This document shows, in pieces, positions 1 through 9,000 of a DNA stretch of 58,982 bases (position 1 is the stretch's first letter; every line of letters starts with the position of its first letter). The stretch comes from Oscillospiraceae bacterium (lineage in GTDB: Bacteria > Bacillota > Clostridia > Oscillospirales > Ruminococcaceae), in the NCBI GenBank assembly GCA_015067125.1, contig SVNB01000001.1, forward strand, positions 1 to 58,982, written 5' to 3'. The notes beneath the pieces were generated by a model. It was given only the letters and a program-made list of their open reading frames with translations. It searched no databases and was not told where the DNA came from. Position numbers and translations under genes: made by a program.

Positions 1-471
1 TTCTCCGTTTCCGGTAATGCGCACAATGTTTGTATGGCTGTGGCGCACTTCCACCTCTGCGGATTTTATTCCTTTTTCAAGGGTTATAATAAAATGCAAA
101 GGAATAGGCGATTCCAGATATTCTACCACGCAGCCGCCGTTTTGAATAAACTCCACGGCTTTTTCAAGGCCCTGCGGAGTAACCGCCTCCAGAACTTCCA
201 TCTCTCTTGCCGCATCTCCGCAAAGGGCGCCAAGCACGCAGGCTGCTTCTATACCGGTCATTCCTCCGGAATTGGGAATACTTACGCATCTTACGTTTTT
301 AATAATATTTCCGCTGCATTTTGCGGTAATTTTATCCGGCTCTTCGCCAAGAACTTCTCTCGCTTTTGCGCAGGCATAGGCAAGGGCAATGGGTTCCGTA
401 CAGCCCATGGCAGGAATAAGCTCTTCTTCCAGAATAGCAATAAAATCTCTTTTGATTTTTTCGTCGAGCAT
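1..471 (-). CDS. UPF0597 / L-cysteine desulfidase-family protein (serine dehydratase alpha-like), N-terminal part; 3' end lies beyond the left window edge
   Basis: Minus-strand reading frame absent from the ORF track because it runs off the window. ATG at 471-469 with GGAGG about 9 nt upstream. My translation MLDEKIKRDFIAILEEELIPAMGCTEPIALAYACAKAREVLG... carries the GCTEPIA motif typical of this family. The + ORF 34..549 is its antisense shadow. Confidence 0.75.
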   Translation of the reverse strand, partial: MLDEKIKRDFIAILEEELIPAMGCTEPIALAYACAKAREVLGEEPDKITAKCSGNIIKNVRCVSIPNSGGMTGIEAACVLGALCGDAAREMEVLEAVTPQGLEKAVEFIQNGGCVVEYLESPIPLHFIITLEKGIKSAEVEVRHSHTNIVRITGNGE

Positions 472-585
472 CAAAAGCGCCTCCGTTCCTTTTTTCGATC
501 CTTTTCGTCATATCTATATCATATCCCCAAAACCGCAAAAAAGCAATAAAAAAGCCGCTGTTCTGCACAGAACCGCGGCCATTTT

Positions 586-1572
586 TTAAAAAATTCCAAT
601 AGCTTTAAAAATAAACGAAGCTATAAAAACAGTTATTCCCGAAGCCACCGTTGTCCATACCACAAGCTGCCCTGCCAAAGCGGCATCGCCGCCCATTTCC
701 TGTGCCATCGGCACGCTGGAAACCGCCACCGGAGTGGTAAAAAGCGCCGTAAGCGCCGCAAACTGCGCGCCGGAAAACTCATCTCCAAAAATAAAATACG
801 CCGTGCCAAGGGCCAAAACCGGCACTGCAAGACTTCTCATAACCGTGCCGAAGATGATCTCTTTTTTCATTTCCGCAATGGCAGAAAATTCAAATTCTGC
901 CCCAAGTACAATAAGCGCCACCGGCGTTGCTGCGGAAGAAAGATATTCCAGCACCTTCATCACCGGCGCTATATCCGCAAGCCGAAAAGCAATTCCCGCT
1001 CCGGAAAAAATTTCGCGTACGGCAAGTACCGCAAAACCCGCCGCAACTCCAAGAATCAGCGGATTCTTTATAATATCCGCGGCAATTTTTGCTGGTTTTA
1101 TTTTTTCTTTTCTGCTGCCGAAAACAGAAAGAACTATCACCGCAAGTACGTTAAAAAACGGAATCGCAAAAGCAGAAAGCACCGCCGCCGTAATAGTTCC
1201 TTCTTCTCCAAAAAGACTTCCCGCCAGCGGAATTCCGATCAGCGCATAGTTGGAACGGAATATCCCCTGAATAAGCGCACCGCGCTTTGCGCCGTCTTTT
1301 GTAACAAATCCGCTTAAAATAAGTGCCGCCAAAAAAATTATAAAAGTCGTTCCAAGGGCATAAAAAACGTAACCCATATCAACGCTTTTTATATTTTCTA
1401 TTTTATATACGTTCAAAAAAAGCATTGCCGGCAAAAACACCTTAAAAACCACTTTGTTTGCAGCCTTTGCAAAGTTTTTGTCCACCATTCCCGCTTTTTT
1501 AATAAAATATCCAATGGCCGCCATAGCCACAATCGGTGCCACGGCTCCAAACGCAAAAACAAGCGATTCCAT
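586..1572 (-). CDS. AEC-family (auxin efflux carrier / malate permease-like) membrane transporter
   Basis: ORF 586..1605. I prefer the ATG at 1572 (MESLVFAFGAV...) because AAGGAG lies 6 nt upstream. Polytopic hydrophobic protein with AEC-like N-terminus (IGYFIKKAGMVDKNF...VFKVFLPAMLF). Confidence 0.75.
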   Translation of the reverse strand: MESLVFAFGAVAPIVAMAAIGYFIKKAGMVDKNFAKAANKVVFKVFLPAMLFLNVYKIENIKSVDMGYVFYALGTTFIIFLAALILSGFVTKDGAKRGALIQGIFRSNYALIGIPLAGSLFGEEGTITAAVLSAFAIPFFNVLAVIVLSVFGSRKEKIKPAKIAADIIKNPLILGVAAGFAVLAVREIFSGAGIAFRLADIAPVMKVLEYLSSAATPVALIVLGAEFEFSAIAEMKKEIIFGTVMRSLAVPVLALGTAYFIFGDEFSGAQFAALTALFTTPVAVSSVPMAQEMGGDAALAGQLVVWTTVASGITVFIASFIFKAIGIF

Positions 1573-1642
1573 AAAACGCTCCTTAAAATTTTTTCTGTAA
1601 AACATTATATCAGCTTTTTCTTCTGTTGTTTATAGTTTTTTC

Positions 1643-1674
1643 AAAAAAATAAGCACGCATGCCGCGTGCTTATT
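1643..1674 (-). terminator. Intrinsic terminator after the acidic mini-protein gene
   Basis: Minus strand reads AATAAGCACGCGGCATGCGTGCTTATTTTTTT: a GC-rich hairpin followed by a T-run. Confidence 0.7.
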
Positions 1675-1693
1675 CAAAATATTTATTTGTTAT

Positions 1694-1930
1694 TCAATAG
1701 TCCTCATCACAGTCGTCAAATTCATCATCGTCATAATCTTCCTCTTCATCTTCAAACTCGCCGTCCTCATCTTCGTCATAATCCATATCATCTTCGTCGT
1801 TTTCCGGGCAAAACCCAAAAAGGTTTGTACCCATAATGGAATCATAAGCATAGTCTGCCTCTGCCCTTTCATTAAAATCGACGTAACCGTCACCGTTTCT
1901 GTCATCTCTGTCCGAATAACCAAAAAACAT
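1694..1930 (-). CDS. Highly acidic 78-aa protein with one canonical EF-hand-type Ca-binding loop
   Basis: AGGGAG RBS 8 nt before the ATG. Has its own promoter and terminator. By my count about 36 of 78 residues are D/E. DRNGDGYVDFNE fits the 12-residue EF-hand/dockerin loop pattern D-x-N-x-D-G-x-V-D-x-x-E. No signal peptide. Confidence 0.6.
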   Translation of the reverse strand: MFFGYSDRDDRNGDGYVDFNERAEADYAYDSIMGTNLFGFCPENDEDDMDYDEDEDGEFEDEEEDYDDDEFDDCDEDY

Positions 1931-1990
1931 AATTTTTCTCCCTTCAAATCAAGCCGTTTGCGGCCGTTTATCAGAATTTCCTGTAATTAA

Positions 1991-2020
1991 ATTATATATT
2001 TTTCCATAAAGCAATTTCAA
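1991..2020 (-). promoter_or_regulatory. Sigma-70-like promoter for the acidic mini-protein gene
   Basis: Minus strand reads TTGAAA (2020-2015), 18-nt spacer, TATAAT (1996-1991), about 60 nt upstream of the ATG at 1930. Confidence 0.45.
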
Positions 2021-2141
2021 CCGCTCAATCCGGTGTCGGTGCGTTTTCGGTACAATGCTCTGCCTTATGTTGGTGCGTTTTTGCACCTGCGAAGCCAAAA
2101 GTTGCCGTAAACGCAACTTTCCTTTGCAATAACTCCGCAAA

Positions 2142-2175
2142 CAACAAACTCCCCGAAAGATCGGGGAGTTTGTTG
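2142..2175 (-). terminator. Hairpin downstream of the S8 peptidase gene (weak T-tract)
   Basis: CAACAAACTCCCCGA-loop-TCGGGGAGTTTGTTG perfect stem just after the stop at 2187. Only a short T-rich tail follows on the minus strand. Confidence 0.5.
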
Positions 2176-2186
2176 CTTTATACTTT

Positions 2187-3008
2187 TTATTCGTTCGTTA
2201 TATTATAATATATTTCTGATTGTTTTATCTCTTCGATGGTTTTTTCTTTCAGTTTCTCAAGCTCAATTTCCGGGTTTTGGCTAATAATATTTGCCGCAAA
2301 GGCTGCAACTTTTGCAGCGGAATAAGAACTTCCGCTGCTTGTTCTTGTGTTTCCGCTCAATGTTCCTATGGTAACCTCTTCGCCGACAGCGAATACATCA
2401 ACCCATTCGCCCCTTTGGGAAAAATAAGCGATTTCGCTTCCCTCTTTATTAAGAGCACCCACCGCAAGAACGGTTTCATATCCCGCAGGATAATACATCA
2501 CTTTTCCGTTTACGTCATAATCGTTTCCTACAGAAGCAACAACAATAACCCCGTTTTCTTCCGCATAAGCACAGGCCTTCCGCACTTCTTCTTTATCAAG
2601 TATAAGGCCGGCGCTTATGTTGATAATATCGCAGTCATAGATATCCACAGCGTCTGTAATCATCTGCGCAAAAACCTCATTATCCACCTGGCGGATTTTG
2701 TTGTCCTCAAAAACGTTGCTTACCAAAGGCACAAGAAACGCCTTGGGCGAATAACGCAGAATTATCGAAGCAACAGCCGTTCCGTGACCGTAAGTATCTT
2801 CTGTGGAAAGTTCCGGATAATAATAATTCTTTCCCGAAAGAATATTTTCCGCGGGAATCGCCTTCGAAGAAAATCCCGTATCAATAACCGCAATACGAAC
2901 GGTTTTCGGTGCTTCTTCGGGCATTTCGATATTTGGATTTTCAGAATTGCAGGCAACAAAAAGCACCGCAAAAGAAAGTACAATAAATAAAACAATAACC
3001 TTTTTCAT
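2187..3008 (-). CDS. S8 (subtilisin-like) serine peptidase, predicted lipoprotein, no obvious long propeptide
   Basis: Lipobox MKKVIVLFIVLSFAVLFVAC. Catalytic-type motifs are VRIAVIDTGF (Asp), YGHGTAVASI (His), IINISAG (oxyanion Asn) and SGSSYSAAKVAA (Ser). Confidence 0.8.
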   Translation of the reverse strand: MKKVIVLFIVLSFAVLFVACNSENPNIEMPEEAPKTVRIAVIDTGFSSKAIPAENILSGKNYYYPELSTEDTYGHGTAVASIILRYSPKAFLVPLVSNVFEDNKIRQVDNEVFAQMITDAVDIYDCDIINISAGLILDKEEVRKACAYAEENGVIVVASVGNDYDVNGKVMYYPAGYETVLAVGALNKEGSEIAYFSQRGEWVDVFAVGEEVTIGTLSGNTRTSSGSSYSAAKVAAFAANIISQNPEIELEKLKEKTIEEIKQSEIYYNITNE

Positions 3009-3025
3009 GTAATCAATTATAGCAC

Positions 3026-3056
3026 AAAAAAGGCGCCTTTAAAAGGCGCCTTTTTT
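3026..3056. terminator. Symmetric A6-GGCGCC-loop-GGCGCC-T6 hairpin between the giant gene and the S8 gene
   Basis: AAAAAAGGCGCCTTTAAAAGGCGCCTTTTTT. It lies 8 nt after the giant-gene stop and 17 nt before the S8 start codon. Confidence 0.6.
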
Positions 3057-3063
3057 AAAGGAA

Positions 3064-6000
3064 TCAGTTGTGGTTTCCAATAATGTCGTAAACGGTCGCG
3101 GTTACGGGTTTTGTATTTACAAGAGCATTGTTCATATCGGGGGTGATTTCAAAATCTTCGGAAACGCGTGCCATAAATACAAGAGCGTTGGAACCTGCTC
3201 CTTGAATGTACATCGCCTGTTCAAGATTAAGTCCCTCAATATCTCCGAGAGCGACGGAAGGAACATCAATAAAGTTGATGACTTCGTCATAGTTTACGGT
3301 GATAAAGACGGTATCGCCTTTATGGTAAGTACCGAATGCCATCGGGGCAACGCCGACCTGCTGAGGTCCGACCGTATCCGCTACTTTATAATATGCAGCG
3401 AAGTTTGTGAAATACCAGTCGTCTTCCAAAGAACCGGATGCGTCAAACTCAACATAAATCTCACGGGTCGGATCCACAAGAGCATAATGAACGGCAGAAC
3501 CGTTTATGGTTTCGCTTCCAATGGTCCACCTGTTGGTGCAGGGGTGATCACTGTTCGCGGGGAATTTAACAACTCCGCCGAACTGAGAGGAACCTGTTGT
3601 CGGAAGATGCATGCCGTTTCTCCATGTATCATCCGGATCGCCGGGATCGGTTTCCCAGGAATATTCCGCAAGGGTACCGCCGCCATTTTGTACGAAGCGT
3701 GCCCACTGATAACCGTCATTTTCTTCATAAATATCCATGGTGGTATACATTGCAAGACCGCCGGCAGTCTTGTTTATATAACCAAGAAGATATTCATTTG
3801 CACCGAACTTATCTGTAAAATGACTGTTGACATCAATAAATACTATCGGGTTTTCATCATAACCGTCATCGGTAACAGTATTTTCCCAATCATCGATGAC
3901 GCCTCCGAACCACTGATAAGGATCCGTATTAAGAATGCTCTTTCCATTGGGAAGAAGCTCTACGGACATCTGGATTCTTTTGTTTTCCTCATCAATGCCG
4001 CCTTCGCATCCGCCAACAGTATCGATTACGTCATAAAGTTCAACAAAATAGCAACGTTTTTCGCCAAGTCCGTTTGCAAATGCAGCAGCCATATCTGCGG
4101 TTGTTTCAATACCCCATTCTTTAACTTTAAAAGTCATTTCGGTATCGCCGGGATTAAATACAAGGAACACATCCGGGCCGCCCGCATGAAGGAAATGATA
4201 TTTATCGTTCTGTCCGCCCTGCTCAACATCAACGGTGCTGCCGTATGCGGTGTAGTTAAGGGTGCGGTAATAAACAGTCTGGGGGTTTGCCGTTGCAACA
4301 GCGCCTTCGGGAATAGTTCTTGTTACAGTAAAGATTCTGTTGGTTGCATCTTCGGTTTCTTCATCGCCGGTATATTTTACAGAGAAGAATCCGCCGTGCG
4401 CCCATTTTGCGGTAAGGGCAAAATCCTTTTGTGTGCCTTTAACAATTTCGTTTACCAAAGCATCGCCTTCATACCAGCCAAGGAACTGGAATCCTTCTTT
4501 TGCGGAAGGGGCTTTAAGAACAATATCGTCATCCTCAAAATCATAAACTTCGGGGTTAGCGTGATTTGTTCCGCCTACGCCCAGGTCATAGCTGATATTA
4601 AAGCTGTTAATCTGCCATACCGCATAAAGATTAAATCCACCGGAAACCGCAAGATTTTTAACTGTTGCACCGTCGGCGTAAACAACTTCTCCGCCTTTGG
4701 TCGTTGCCCAACCCATAAAGGTATAACCGGGGTTATTAAAGTTGAGCATTTCGCTGATAAGGGTAAGGTTTGCCGGCTGATTATAAGTCATAAGCATGGT
4801 CTCTTTGGGTACCTCGTTGCCAAGTCCGCTGTCAAATGTAATCACATACCTGTTCGGGCTCCATTTTGCATAGAAGATCCAGTCATGAGAAGCTTCAAGA
4901 GTGATGCTTCCGTAAACTTTGTTTTCAAAGTCCGCATCGGTAAACCAGCCTTCAAATGTATAGCCTTCTTTACTCGGATCATAAAGGGTTATAACGTTGT
5001 TTTCCGCATCAAAGGTTGCAGGGTTATCGTTTGCGTTTTCAGCACCTTCAAGGTTTACGTAAGTAATGTTATACTTCTGAATCGACCATACGGCATAAAG
5101 ATGGACTTCGTCGTTTGCTTTTCCGGAAAGCCTGCCTACAATCTGTTCATCAGTATAGTCAGCCTTTGTTGCCGCTTTGTTTTTTGCCCAGCCAAGGAAT
5201 ACATATCCTTCGCGCACAAAGGTGTTTTTATCCAAAGCTTTTTCTTCGGTATAGGTAAATTCTTCCATAGCAGTGGTTTCTCCTGTTCCGTTGTTGGAAT
5301 GGAAGATTACCTTATAGCTGTTTTCAGCCCATTTTGCAAAAAGAACAAGGTCTTCGCCTCTGTTTGCAGCAATGGTTTTAATAGCTTCGCCATCAAAATC
5401 TTCGGCAGTGTACCAACCTTCAAAAGTATATCCGTCCCTGGAAGGAGCTTTGAGGGTGATGTTGCCGGTTTCAACGCTGTAAGCTGCCGGGTTCTCGTTT
5501 GCAGCGTCTTCAATACCGTTATAGGTTATGGAATATGTTACAGCAGAAAAACGTGCATAAACGGTGTGGTTGGAACCGGTGGAAACAACAGTTTCTGCGG
5601 TAATTTCTTTTCCGCCTTCTTTTGCGGTGAACCAACCTTCAAAATTATATCCCTGTTTTGCAGGAACGGGAAGTTCCCCGTATGCGGAATCAAAAGTTAC
5701 TTCCCTTGTTCCGGCAGAACCGGAAACAACGCTGCCTCCGTTAAGGTCGAATACAACGGAATATTTATTCGGGGTCCAGATTGCGGTGTATTCAAGGTCG
5801 TTTGCGGGCATTACGGATTCGGGAACCGCGTTCCATTTATAGGAATAACCGGTTTTTGCCGGAACAGGAGCAACAATTGCCGCGCCATAATAAACTTTTC
5901 CGGCAGTATAACCTTCTGCATTTCCTCCGTTAAGATTCCATGTAAGGTCATACTGATTTCTCGTGTAGTAATAATCAACAATATTTTCCGCTTCGTTATA

Positions 6001-9000
6001 GCTGATGACAATGGTTTCCACATCGGCCGGAGAAGCAAATCCGGTATAGCTGTTGATTGCCGCCGTTATTTCAGAATCCATTGCTGCGGTTCCGGTAACG
6101 GATTCAACGGAAGTATATCCGTTTCCATCAACATTCTGGAGGTAATGGTTTATTGTATAACCAAACTGTCCTTCCGTATATTCTGCGGTAAGAGTGATGT
6201 TTTCTGTGGGCATCACATTTCCGCTGAATGCCGCGCCGCCATAATACCAGCCGTCAAAGCCATATCCTTCTTTTACAGGTGTGGGCAGAACGATTGCCGT
6301 TCCGTGTTTTGCGGTAATGGTGCTTTCCGCTCCTTCAGGCAGCGCACCAATTCCCGCATCAAGGGTGATGGTGTAATAGTGTCTGGTGTATTCATAGCGA
6401 ACAACCGTGGTTCCGTCAATGGAAAGATAAACTTCCTCGGCAAAAGGAGCATCATAATGCTCATAGGATTTTACTGCGGGATAAATTGCAGTATCAATGG
6501 AACCGGTAAGATTTTCGGTATCCGAAAGAGTCCATTCACCCTCCGCAGTTTCAAGATAATGTTCTACGCGGTAAGGAATATCCGTTCTGGGTTCCCATTT
6601 TGCGTAAAGATCAAGTTTTCCTGTGGTGCCCTTTTCAACAGCAGTAACGGCATCACCTGCAAAGCTTGCGTTTTTATACCAGCCGCCAAAAATATAGCCT
6701 GCTTTTGCCGGTTCAGAAAGAACAAAGGTTTCTGTTTCAATATTATAAGTTTCAGGGTTCGGGTTTTCGGCATCTTCGCATCCGTTATAGACAATTTCAA
6801 ATTCTTTGGGTTTCCAGTGAGCATAAAGCGTAATTACCGCGCCGTTTTCCGCGGTAAGATTAATAACTTTATCTCCGTCGGAATAATCAGTCGCACCATC
6901 AGAATGAATTCCCCAGCCGGCAAATTCATAGTTTTCAAGTTCAAACGCGTTTTCTGCAAGAACCTGTTCCTTGTCATAAATAAGATCAATATCTTCCATG
7001 GTTCCGGCTGCGACTTCACTGTTCTTATCAAATCTTACGGTATAGGTATGTGCTTCCCATACTGCTTTATAAGTAAGATCTTCAAGACCGACTTTTTCTT
7101 CAGGAATAACGGGGTTTTCTCCGTCAATACTCCAGCCTTTAAAATCATAGCCGGTGCGTTCGGCTGCCGGAACATGGATTGCGCCTTCGTAGCAGATTTC
7201 GTTGAGAACTGTTTTTTCGTCAAATCCGTAATCAAATGTTACCGTATGAGAAACACGTTTATAGTTGATTTTGATAACGGTTTTGCCGTTTCCTGCAATT
7301 TCCGCAGTTTCGCATTTCATGCCCTTAACGGTCATCTTATCAAATTCAAATGCGTTTTCAGAAACAAATTTTTCGTCCGCAGTAAGTCCGTTTTCAACAT
7401 CAATAACTGCGTTGCGAAGTTCTTCGGAAGAGATCGTATCACCCGTAAATCCGGTTTTCTCCTCCAAATGCTGAAGAACGTATCTTCCGTCAACCTGCTG
7501 AACATAATATTCAATACGGTATTCCGTATCGGGATTTTTGGTCCACTGTGCGGTATAAACAACGTCTTCTGTACCCATGGCAGGAACAACTTCTTTATCC
7601 CATCCTGCAAAGGTATAGCCGCTTTCTGCCATAACGGGAGCAGAAATTTTTGCGCCATATTTAAGTTCGTAAACAACAGATTCTCCTCCGATTTCACCCG
7701 GATTGAAAGTTACTGTTGCCTTTTTAAGGTCGTAATAATAGCGAAGAACCGCAGAACCGTCCGCAAGAACTTTAAGCTCCTGTTTTGCAGGAGAATTATA
7801 TCCCAAGTAGTTTTTGGTTTCGGGAGTTACATAGGTATTGGTGGTTCCGGTAAATTCTTCGGTTTCAAAAAGTTCATAATTTCCGGAAGCAAGCTGTTGC
7901 TGATAATGCTCAACACGATAGGGAATATCGGTTCTTGCCTGCCATTTTGCATAGATGTTTGCGTCAGAAGCGGGCATGGATTCCGGGAAAACGTAAACAG
8001 TGGTATATTCCTCGTCGCTGTACCAGCCTGCAAAGGTATAACCCAGTTTTTCGGGGTCTGCAGGTGCTTCAACTTTTTCTTCAAATTTTGCTTCAATTAT
8101 CGGAATATATGTACCGCCGGCGGTATAGGGAACAATCACATATCCGTCGCGGACGTTATCCCAATAAAGAGAAATCGTTCTCTGGATCGGTTTGGAGCTG
8201 AACGCAAGGGGATAATGATTCCATGTGATTACCATTTCACCCTCAAGTTTTTCGTCACCTTCCGCAGGGGTTACCAAAATCTTGTTGGTCTGCGGATCAT
8301 AAGAGAATTTGTCGTTTGTAAAAGTAAAAGTAAAGTTGTTGCGGTTCTTGTCACTTTCCGGCTTGGAAGGATCGAAATAATCTTCATAAACCGCATCTTT
8401 TTCTTCCCCTTCCTGAAGATCAAGATAATGGAGAAGGAAAGTGCTGTCCGGAATTATTGTGGAACGAATATACTGTTTAAGCTTGATTTCGGGCATATCT
8501 TCCTGCGGGTTAGTAAAATCAAGAACATTATCCGCGTTGCCTACGTGGTAAAGCGGCCATTCCATATCAAGGATTTCCCATTCTTTTGCCAGGGCGCCTT
8601 CAAGAACCTGTGCGTTTATTCCCATTTCGAGGAACGCACCCACTTCTATCAGCAACGCACCGTTATAACTTTGGTTCTTTCCTTCCGACTCACTGTAAGT
8701 AAGTTCGTAATAGAAGTATCCCCAAAGTTTTGTATAAGCACCGGCACCGGCCTGGAGTCCTATGGAGTTTGTGGAGGTGTCAAAAAGTCCTATCTTAAAC
8801 GACAGCTCGATACCCGCTCTTACGCCAAGACGACCCATTGCATAGAAGCAGAATTCATAGGTTTCTTCCACAAGGGTAATGGTATCGGAATATGCCATCA
8901 TATCAAAAACATCAATGGTGAAAACATAGCGTTTTCCGGTTTTATATTCAAAATCAAAACCGATGGAAACGCAGGCTTCCATTTCGATAATAAAGTCAGC

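Noticed and set aside
1949-2140. 63-aa very basic minus-strand ORF between the S8 gene and the acidic mini-protein gene. I also considered it as a riboswitch-like leader.
   Set aside because: No RBS. It spans a terminator hairpin and the promoter of the next gene. That promoter lies only about 60 nt from the ATG, which leaves no room for a long leader.
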